A DNA stretch of 64,000 nt from Sphyrna mokarran (lineage: Eukaryota). The notes under the pieces were generated by a model. It worked only from the letters and a program-made list of their open reading frames with translations, did not search any database and had not been told where the DNA came from. Shown piece after piece: positions 38,519 to 49,350 of this stretch. Location of the stretch: contig JAGIQG010000043.1 of the NCBI GenBank assembly GCA_024679065.1, forward strand, positions 1,612,001 to 1,676,000, given 5' to 3'. A program made the position numbers and the translations under genes. The first letter of the stretch is position 1; every line of letters begins with the position of its first letter.

Positions 38519-41500
38519 GTGAGTATGAATTTTAAGCAAAATCAATTGCATATACCAGAAAAGAGACTTTTCTAATCAGAAAACGTGAACCAGTGATTAG
38601 GTGAAGGAATTTGCCCAGATCATATTGGTTCATTTTCTGCTTCCACCGATGAAGCGGGAAAGATCGAAATTGAAGATAAATTAACCGACAATGATGGCAA
38701 ATAATAATGAGATTGAGCGGTAGATTGCAACGGTGGTTAGCACTTTTCCCTCATAGTACCAGGGATAGATTCCAGGCTTGGGCCACTATCTGTGCGGGTG
38801 CTCAAGTTCTCCCATTGTCTGTGTGTGTTCACTGTGGGTGCTCACAGTTCGAAAGAAGTGCTACATTGGCCGTCCTACATTCTCCCTTCGTGTCCCCCAA
38901 TAGGCGCCGAAATGCGATGACTGGGGGATTTTCACCATAGCTTCATTGCAGTGTTAATGCAAGCTTACTGGTGAGACCAATAGGAAAACGATAAGATTTA
39001 CATACATTTTTTTGAAGGGACCATTTAAGATATTTCAAAATCGGTGGTAATGTAACAATAATATTTCTAGTTACAGAATCCGAGTCCTCTCTGTCTCAAA
39101 TTCCGTTCACAATAACAACAGAAGTGGGCCGGACGGTGGAATTCTCCTATTATGTAACTTCTGAAGCGTTTTCGGTGTTCCGTTGTGCTTGGTACAAACA
39201 GCTTTTGGGTGAAGCTCCGGTACGAATAAAAGATGCGTCTTGTACTGGGGGCAACTGCAAATATATTTCTGAAAAACACAAGCCAACAAATACATTGAGC
39301 CTGAAAATACGCAATGTCCAGGAGAATGACTCGGGTACATACTACTGTTTGAATATAGCTGGGGCTGCTCCGTTCCCGAATGGACACACGGTCCTGGTTG
39401 GAGGTAAGAGAGCAAGTGTCCCTGTCAGGCAGGGAGGAAATGGTCGAGTAAGAGAGCCTTGGTGTACGAAAAAAGTTGATTTGCTGGTTAAGAAGAAAAA
39501 GGAGGCTTATGTCAGGATGAGGCTTGAAGGCTCAGTTAGTGCAATGGATAGCTATAGATTAGCCAGGAAGGAGCTAAAAAGTGAATTGAGGAGAGCTAAG
39601 AGGGGACACGAGAAGATGTTGGCTGATAGGATTAAGGAGAATCCTAAAGCTTTCTTTCGATATGTTAAGAATAGAAGATTGGTTAGGGCAAGATTAGGGC
39701 CAGTCATAGACAGCAGTGGGAAGTTGTGCGTGGAGCCTGAAGAGATTGGTGAGGCACTGAATAAATATTTCTCTTCGGTATTCACGCAGAGTGCTGGAAA
39801 TGTAGCTATGGAGAACACTGAGGTACAGGGTTGCAAATTGGGAAGTATTGTAGTAGATAGGGAGGATGTGTTAGAAATTCTCGAGGGTTTGAAGTTGGAT
39901 AAGTCCCCTGGGCCGGACGGGATTTACCCTAGGATTCTCTGGGAGGCAAGAGAGGAGATTGCAGAGCCTCTGGCTCTGATCTTCAGGTCCTCGTTGGTTA
40001 CGGGTGTGGTTCCGGAGGACTGGAGGATAGCGAATGTGGTCCCATTGTTTAAGAAGGGGAAGAGAGACCTTCCAGGGAATTATAGGCCAGTGAGTCTTAC
40101 TTCTGTTGTGGGCAAGGTATTGGAGAGAATTATTAGGGATAGGATTTATAGTTATTTAGAGAGAAATGAATTGATTGGGGATAGTCAGCATGGTTTCGTG
40201 AAGGGTAGGTCATGCCTTACTAACCTCATTGAGTTTTTTGAGAAAGTGACCAAAGAGGTGGATGGGGGTAAGGCGGTTGATGTGGTATATATGGACTTTA
40301 GTAAGGCGTTTGATAAGGTGGCCCATGGAAGACTTCTACAGAAAATGCAGATGTGTGGAATAGAGGGTGATTTAGCTAATTGGATTAGGAATTGGCTGGC
40401 AGATAGAAGACAGAGGGTGGTGGTTGATGGGAGATATTCATCGTGGAGTTCGGTGACGAGTGGTGTGCCTCAGGGGTCTGTTTTGGGGCCCCTGCTGTTT
40501 GTAATTTTTTTAAATGATCTGGATGAGGGTATTGAAGGATGGATTAGTAAATTTGCAGATGACACTAAAGTCGGTGGAGTGGTAGATAGTGCAGAGGGGT
40601 GTTATAGTTTGCAGAGGGACTTGGACAAGTTGCAGAGCTGGGCCGAGAGGTGGCAAATGGAGTTTAATGTGGAAAGTGTGAGGTAATGCACTTTGGCAGG
40701 AACAATAAATGTGTAGAGTATAGGGCTAATGGTAGGGCTCTTAATAGTGTTGAGGAACAGAAGGATCTTGGTGTATGTGTCAATAGATCCCTGACAGTAG
40801 GCAGTCAAGTGGATAAAGTTGTTAAGAAGGCATATGGAGTCTTAGCTTTTATTGGTAGGGGGATTGAATTTAGGAGCGCAGCATCATGTTGCAACTGTAC
40901 AAAACTCTAGTGCGGCCGCACTTGGAGTATTGTGTGCAGTTCTGGTCCCCACATTATATGAAAGATGTGGAGGCATTGGAGAGGGTACAGAGGAGGTTTA
41001 CCAGGATGTTGCCTGGTATGGAGGGCAGGTCCTATGAAGCGAGGTTGAAGGATTTGAGGTTGTTTTCGTTAGAAAGGAGGCGGCTAAGAGGGGATCTTAT
41101 TGAAGCATATAAGATGATTAGAGGTTTAGATAGGGTGGACAGTGATAGCCTTTTTCCTAGGATGGAGAAAGCTAGCACTAGGGGACACAGCTTTAAATTA
41201 AGGGGTATGAGTTATAGGACGGATATCAGAGGTAGGTTCTTTACTCAGAGAGTGATTAGGGAGTGGAATGCCCTGCCTGCAGCTGTTGTAGATGCGCCAA
41301 GTTTGGTGGCGTTTAAGAGGTTAATTGATAAGTATATGGAAGAGAAGGGAATGGTTTAGTTTGGATGGGCATCGCTTTTTATTTTGGTCGGCACAACATC
41401 GAAGGCCGAAGGGCCTGTTCTGTTCTGTTCTATGTTCTATGTTCTATGTACTTAATTCAGATTGTGCACGGCATTAGCTTTTGGTGTAAGTTAACTTTGC

Positions 41501-44500
41501 CCCAATCTGTCCAGACAGTTTCACCATGAAGACGGCTGTGCTGGTCTTTATCCCGCTGGTTCAGGTGGATGTGAATGATACCGTGCCCTTAGTGTGTTTG
41601 GTGAGTGGAATTTCTTCCAATCAGATTGTTATTTTCTGGAATATTTCCGGCCAGGTCACTGATGGAACGAGTGATCTCGGGACAAGGGAAATAAACGGGA
41701 CCTACAGCATCAGAAGTCATATAATGGTGTCAGCGGACGTTTGGAGAAGCGGCACTGTCTGTACTTGCATTGCTCAATTAAAATTTCCAGGAAAATATTG
41801 GACAAAGAGTGTATCGTTCTCCAAAGCAGCAGAGACTGGGACAGGTGAGTTGTTAGTTTCTATAATGGTGGTTTGAATTCAATTCCAAATCAATTGGGAC
41901 AAATACTAAGGCACTAAAGACTGTGAATTAACTGGTAGAAGCCTCCAATTTAAAACTACCTTATCCCTATAACTAGACTTAGGGGAATGTCACAGTGTCA
42001 ATGTAAACCGTCTTTTGGTACTAAATAATAAACTTTAATCTTTAAACATTTCCCGTGCAAGTCACAATATGGGCGGCAGCGTGGCGCAGAGGTTAGCACT
42101 GCTGTCTCATGGCGCCATGTATCATAGTTCAATTCCAGAGTTGGGTCACTATCTGTACAAAGTCTGCATGTTCTCCCCGCGTTCGCGTGGGTTTCATCCG
42201 GGTGCTTCTGTTTCTTCTAAGAGTGCAAAAGACACGCTGTCTAAGTGTATTTGTTGTGCCAAATTCTCCGTCAGTGTACCTGAAATAGCGCTGGAGTGTG
42301 GATTTTAGGGGATTTCCACACTAATTTCATTGCCATGTTAATGTAAGTCTACTTGTGACACCATTCAATAAACTTAAACTTCTGTTTTCCCTGTTGAAAG
42401 TTATTATTGAATGTACTTCAACGACCCGTTTCAGACAATGGATTTCGGAACTGAATTGGGATTCCTCCTACACGGATGTACTTTTGGGTTCAGAAAACAA
42501 ACAAGAGCTTTTTTTTTTCTGAGGCATTAGCTCGACTTCCCAGAGTCTCACTTCACAATCCGTAGTTTCTATCTGGTCCCTCTATAGTTTCCAATTGCTA
42601 ATACGTGCAATCCAATCTCAGGATCTAAAACTTCACAGAATTTGGAAATTAGATTATTTTACGCTGTTTAATCTTGTGATCTAAACCAAGTCTGAAAGAC
42701 CAGTGGAAGGATATATAACAGTAAGTTGATTGCAATTGCATCTGGCTTTGGTGTGGAGTAATGTGCAAGGCCATGAGAGAAAAATATGTAGAGTAGCACT
42801 ATTTCAACAGATCTTTCAAAAAGACGCCGTGAGCCTCTATAATTATAAGATTCAGTTTTCACATAAGTGTTGGTGTGTTGTTGTTGTCATATAATGTGAT
42901 GCACATTGAATGTGGAACTATCCTGTCAAGTCGGTCAGATCATTGACCCCTACTCACAAGAATAATGTCATTCATTCCATCCTGTTCATTCGCGGTTTGC
43001 TAGCTATTCCGTGTGTTGTTTATTTTCATTTCACTCCGGAGTTTAACGTTACCAGCTTTTCAACGGTTTTCTAAATATATTCGTGAGTACACGGGTTGCT
43101 GGCAACGCCAGCAATTATTTCCTATTCTTGGTTGCCTCTGAGAAGATGATGGTGAATTCCATTCTTAAAATGCTGCAGTCCACGTGTTGTGCATTGACCT
43201 GCAGAGCTGTTAGGGAGGAAATTCTAGAATCTTTACTGAGTGACTGCAAAGGAATGGCCGATATACTTCTAGGTTAGTACAACGAATGGCTCGGAGGGGA
43301 ACTTGCAGGTGGTGATACTTCCAGGTGTCTGCCGTTCTTGTCCTCCTAGATAGAAGTAGGTTTGAACGGTATTCTCACTCGGTACAGACAGCCACGCAAG
43401 TGCAGGGAGAAAAATGCAATGTAGTCCTAATTTAGGATTGTACAGTTAAGGACATTGCACTGTTCTCTATGCCCAGGATCGAGAAGTCTAAATGTTACAT
43501 AGAAACATAGAAACCTATCGTGCAGAAAGAGGCCCTTCGGCCCATCAAGACTGCACCGAACACAATCCCACCCAGGTCCTACGCCGATATCCCTATATAT
43601 TACACCCACTAATCCCTCTCAGCTCCTTGCATGTTTTTGGAGCGACACCCAAGTTGGCAAGTGGGAAGAAATCCATCACAATTCTGAATTGTGTCTTGCA
43701 GCTAGTGAGCAGCTTTGGGGGAGCGAGATGGTGAGTTCCTTCGCAGTAATCCCAGTTTGAAAATATACTTTTCAGAGTATATTTTCAAATATACCACTCA
43801 GAGGTAGGTTGTTTACCCAAAGGGTGGTTCGGGAGTGGAATGCCCTGCCTGCAGCAGTTGTGGATGCGTCAAGTTTGGTGGCGTTTAAGAGGTTAGTTGA
43901 TAAGTATATGGAAGAGAAGGGAATGGTTTAGTTTGGAGGGGCATTGCTTTTTATATTGGTTGGCGCAACATCGAAGGCCAAAGGGCCTGTTCTGTGCTGT
44001 AGTGTTCTATGTTCTATGTTCTACTTATAGCTATCGTGCGCTTGCACCGTGGGATATTCAGTGATGGTAAAACCGTTGAATCTCAAGGGTTTACTCTGCC
44101 TGTGTTCAGTTTCACAAGCCCAGCAAAAAAAAATGATTTGATTTAGCAGCAGTTACGATATTTTCCCCTCTGTAGGATGGTGCAATCTGGAACATCCCAT
44201 TGTTATAACTGTCCTGGTAATCCCGATTCTACTGTTGGTGTTTCTTTCCATTTGCATTTGGAACAAAGGCAGAGCAGGTAAAGAATGATTTTCAAGAGAG
44301 ATAATATCACTGTTATTCATCCAATGTGAGTTTCTTCATATTAGTACTGCTGATCATTGTATCTGGTTTCAGGAGATCGAGCTAAGAGAGCCCGCAATGA
44401 AAGGTGAGTACTGAACCATTTCCAAAATTCATTTTAAATATTATCTCTGTATTAAATTATGTGATGTAGAGATGCCGGCGTTGGACTGGGGTAAACACAA

Positions 44501-47500
44501 TAAGACGTCTCACAACACTAGGTTAGAGTCCAACCCGTTTATTTGATGGTAATCTTACAAGCTTTCGGAAACAGTATTCCTTCATTGTTTCCAAAAGCTT
44601 GAAAGATTACCATCAAATAAACTGGTTAAATACTGTGTTCAGCCCTGTCCAACACCACTACTAATTCTAATGCTGTAGGTCGAAAATTTCCATATTTTAA
44701 CGTTGAATACGCTATCTTTCAAATTCTCCTGACTTCTCGGCCAGGATTTGCCTGATGTAACACTTGCTTAGTTTGTTTTTATTTCCTCATTCAGTTTTAG
44801 CTTGAGACAGGCAGCACACAGAGAGATGCGGACAGACAGGCAAACGAGTAAGTTGCATTCAATTGTTGGCACATAATCAACATCATTGAACAAACATGTT
44901 ACTGAATTCTCACAGCGCAGTAGGAGGCCAGTCGGTCCATTGAGTCTACATTGATGACAAAGAACAAAGAACAAAGAAGAAAACAGCACAGGAAACAGGC
45001 CCTTTTCCCAACGAGCCCGCGCAGCCACCTCTACCCATGATCCCTGTCTATGTTTATAGATCTACGGATTAGAAAAAACAAATTTGAGACAATTTAGGGA
45101 GAATTTGTTCTGCCCATCAGCCTAACAGCACATCCTTGGGATGTGGGAGGAAACGGAGCACCCGGAGAAACCCAGGCAAGCACGGGGAGAATGCGCAAAC
45201 TCTCACTGACACAGGCCCAAATCCATATATCTACACAGCACAACAATAGTTACTGAGTTGTCGTGTTGCCCATCAACAGGTCCTGGTCAAATGTACACTA
45301 ACGACGTGAAACACTGGGCTATTCTCGAAAAATCCAAGAGCAGCCCTCTCACGACCCATTCGCGTGTATGCTCCTTGTTAGACGAGGTAGACCGAAGTAA
45401 CTGTGGGATAAAACAAATACATTAATATCATCGACAATTTACACACTTCCCAGGGAACTCCCACGGCTCCTGATGCCTCTTTTAAATCAGTTTTCTATAC
45501 CCCTCCGTTCCCATTCTGTTCATGTGCCCATCTAAGTATCTCTTAAATAACTCCAGAGTGCCTGCCTCCACCAGTTTACTTGGCAGCGCGTTCCATACCC
45601 CCACCACTCTCTGTGTGAAAAAACTCCCTCTCGCATCCAAATTATGCCCTACCCTCCTCACCATAAGCCCGTAACCCCTCGTGCTATTCGAGTCCATCCT
45701 AGGAAAAAGCTTAACCATGCATACTTTGTCTATACCCCTCATAATCTTGTACACAATTCCAGCGAACTCCCCTAACCCGTAACGCCTGATGCTAACGGGC
45801 AAATTACACATCTTTTGCAATAGGAGAATTGGGAATGATCAATCCGCCTAACCTGCACAAATGTGCACACTAAAAAACAATTCAACATGGCCAATAGAAT
45901 TTACCTGCAAATGTTTGGGCATTTAAAGCCAGTATATTCTGGCCAGTTCACCTATCCTGGTCACCTTTGAACTCTAATGAACAATTCGCATGACCATAGA
46001 ACATAGAACACTACAGCATAAACAGGCCCTTTGGCCCACAAGTTGTGCCGATCATATATATACTTACCAGACCATAGGCCTATCTGTAACTCCCAATCCC
46101 GTTAAATCCCATGTACTCATCCAGAAGTCTCTTGGAAGACCCCAGCAAGTTCGCCTCTACCACCACTGGCGGCAGCCTATTCCATTCATTCACCACCCTC
46201 TGAGTGAAAAACTTACCTCTAAATCTCCTCTGTACTTAGCCCCCCGTACCTTAAACCTGTCCTCTCATAGCGACTATTTCAGCCCTGGGAAATAGCCTCG
46301 GAGAATCCACTCTATATATTCCTCTCAACATCTTAAAAATCTCTATCAGGTCGCCTCTCAACCTTCAGGTTGAGGGAGAAGTCCAGGGAGAAGAGATCTA
46401 GCTCTCTTAACCTATCTTCATAAGGCATCACCCCAATCCAGGCAACATCCTTGTAAATCTCCTCTGCACCCTCTCAATAGCTTCCACATCCTTCGTATAG
46501 CGAGCCGACCAGAATTGCATACAGTACTCCAAGTGGGGTCTGACAAGGCACTTATAAAGTTGCAGCATTAACTCCCGGCCCCTAAACTCAATTCTTCTAT
46601 TAATGAATGCCAGTACACCATGTGCCTTCTTGACCACTTCCTCCACTTGTGGGGCAGATTTAAGAGACTTATGGATCCGGACCCAAAGATCCTTCTGCTC
46701 CTCAACACTGCCAAGACTCCTACTCTTGATATTATACTGCTTCATCCCATTGTTGCTGCCAACATGGACCACCACACATTTAACCGCGTTGAAGTCCATC
46801 TGTCACTTATCCGCCCTGTCTTGCATCCTTTCTATGTCTCACTGCAACTTCAGGCAGCCCTCCAGACTATCCACAACAACACCAACCTTTGTATCATCGG
46901 TGAACTTAGTAACCGATCCTTCCACTTCCTCATCCAGGTGATTTATGAAAATGACAAGGGTCCTAGAACAGATCCCTGGGGCACTCCGCTGCTCACTGAC
47001 CTCCATGCAGAAGAAGACCCATCCACAACTACTCACACTGCCTTCTGAGGCAAGCCAGTTCTGGGTCCACAAGACGAAAGCCCCCTGGATCCCATGCCCT
47101 CTCACCTTCTTAGAAGTCTTGCATGGGGGACCTTGTCAAACGCGTTGCTGAAATCCATGTAAACTATGTCCACTGCTCTTCCTTCGTCAATGTGTTCAGT
47201 CACATTTTCGAAGAATTCAACTAGGCTTGTAAGGCACGATCTGCCCTTAACAAAGCCGTGTTGACTATTCCTGATCATATTTAATTTCTCTAAATTCTCA
47301 TAAATCCTCTCCATTAACTTACCGACCACCGAGGTCAGAATCACTGGTCAGTAATTGCCTGAGCTATCCTTATTCCCTTTTTTGAAAATAGGCACCACTT
47401 CCACAATCCTCCAACCTTCCGGAACCTCTCCCGTCTCCATCGACGACGCAAAGATCATCGCCAGGGGCTCTGCAATCACTTCCCTCACCTCCTGGAATAA

Positions 47501-49315
47501 GGAATCCTGGGAATACATCCCATCCGGACCCGGCGACTTATCTACCTTGATAGAATTTAACAGTTCCAACACCTCCTCTGTCTTAATGTGGACACACTCA
47601 ATCTTTTCAGTTCAATTAAATCCAACTAAACTGCACATCTTTTGACAATGAAGTTTAATTCAGCGTTGTTAATCCAACTAAACTGCACATCTTCGGATAA
47701 GAACTTGCATATCATTGGACACTGAAAAGTAGTTCAGCACGGTCAATCCACCGAAAATGCAATCTTTTGACAGTAAGGAATAATTCGGCATGGCCAACTC
47801 ATCTAATATTTGACTGTCAGGGAGAATTTAGCTTGGCCAACCCATCTAACCTATAAATCTTTTTGACCGTGAGAGAAAACCAGGGGACTCAAAAGAAACG
47901 GAAGCACTTGGAGAAAACCTACACTGATACAGGGAGGGAGTGCAAATTTCACGCAGACAGTCACCTCAATGTGGAATATAAGATAGGTCCTTAGCACTGT
48001 GAGGCAGCAGTTTTAAGATGAAAGAAATTGAGTGTACTTCCAGCCCCAAATTGTTTCTCAATGTTAGTCCCAAAGAAAAATACACATGTTGACTATCAGT
48101 TCTGGCACTGAAGTGTCACTAGGGCAATAGATGACAAGTGGGATAGAAAGGCCTTCTCCATCCATTGGCGAATTGGGGTCCATTAAGTATTTCTGGGTAG
48201 TTGATATACTAAAGGACCGTTTATGTATTAGGACAACACTGGTGTACGTGGGAGAATTCTTTGGATAGACTCCCATTGAGGCGTTGGGCCAATCGATGCA
48301 TTAGTTCAACAGGACATCATTTGTGCACTATGTTTCAAATTAATCATAATTTAGGCCAAACAGGATTATATTTATATTGCAGTCTTCCACTTTGTTACAC
48401 AGACAACTGTCGCCAAACATATGGAATGGGAATGCAAGATGGTGCAGTTCAGGTAAGTGCTTTGCAAATATTTCAATATTGTGTAGACAATTTCTGGGTT
48501 TTGGTATAAGGTGCAGGTTGTCCATGCTGGCTATTTCTTGCGGCTATCAGGGAGCAGCTCATATCTGAAACATCTAAATTTGAATCAAATAATATTTTTC
48601 CAGAAAAATAACATTTTTCTGCGGCTCTTGCAATTGATTATACAGCGATTGAGTTAATTTTCCTTTATAAAATCTCTATCAGAGATTTCTGTATATTTCC
48701 CGAAGTTTCATTTGCAGATTGGCAGCTTTCTGATATTTTTTCACTTTCTTTATCTCCACGGAGAATCTAGTCTCCATTAGGTAGATCCCAGTTTCCTCCA
48801 ATCTGCGAACACTGGTTATGAATTAATTTCTGGAATTACGATGTCCAAAACCTTGGTAGTTTTTATAGAGGAATCAAATATGTTTAGTGCTGCAGATACA
48901 GAGAGAAAGATCGTATGTGTGTGTGTTTATTTCTATGTGGGATTTTCTGTNNNNNNNNNNNNNNNNNNNNNNNNNNNNNNNNNNNNNNNNNNNNNNNNNN
49001 NNNNNNNNNNNNNNNNNNNNNNNNNNNNNNNNNNNNNNNNNNNNNNNNNNNNNNNNNNNNNNNNNNNNNNNNNNNNNNNNTGTGTGCGTCTGTATGTGTT
49101 GTGTTTGTGTGAGTGTATGTATCTGTGTGTTTGTGTGAATGGATGGGTACTTATGCTTCCTGTGTACCTGAGAGAGAGAGGGAGAGAGACTGAGAGGGCG
49201 AGAGACTGTGTGCTTGAGGGGTAAGACGTATGAATGAACGTGTGCGTGACTGTATGTGTATCTTCCTCTGAGACACTTTGTGTCTATCTGTGTGTGAGGT
49301 TGCGTTTGTAAATGT

Positions 49316-49350
<35 letters not shown>

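Larger units (their letters stand above)
36984..38619. repeat. Inverted duplication: 36984-37528 is the reverse complement of 38084-38619
   Basis: About 540-bp arms with scattered mismatches, containing the promoter core, leader exon and start of intron 1. Confidence 0.92.

Noticed and set aside
18599-39403. Rearranging TCR/Ig locus or recombination signal sequences
   Set aside because: V and J are contiguous in both genes. The CACAGTG heptamers seen (e.g. 131, 4162, 37093, 41990) lack an appropriately spaced ACAAAAACC-like nonamer and do not flank V or J segments.
39071-39403. IgNAR/VNAR-type V domain with deleted CDR2
   Set aside because: Trp-to-second-Cys spacing is 52 (B) and ~53 (A) residues, like a light-chain V rather than the shorter VNAR. 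Only one C domain is present.
39124-40686. 520-aa ORF as a genuine Ig-RT fusion gene
   Set aside because: A consensus G|GTAAGA donor ends the V exon and a phase-matched C1 exon follows the LINE. The RT part is near-identical to other young LINE copies.
42070-42150. tRNA gene
   Set aside because: It is a tRNA-derived SINE head followed by the V-SINE core; many similar copies occur in the window.
44745-44760. Alternative terminal exon of gene B (RICLM*)
   Set aside because: The acceptor is plausible, but the 48383 and 51766 exons give stronger signals, exact phase matching and a Tyr motif. Kept only as a possible isoform.
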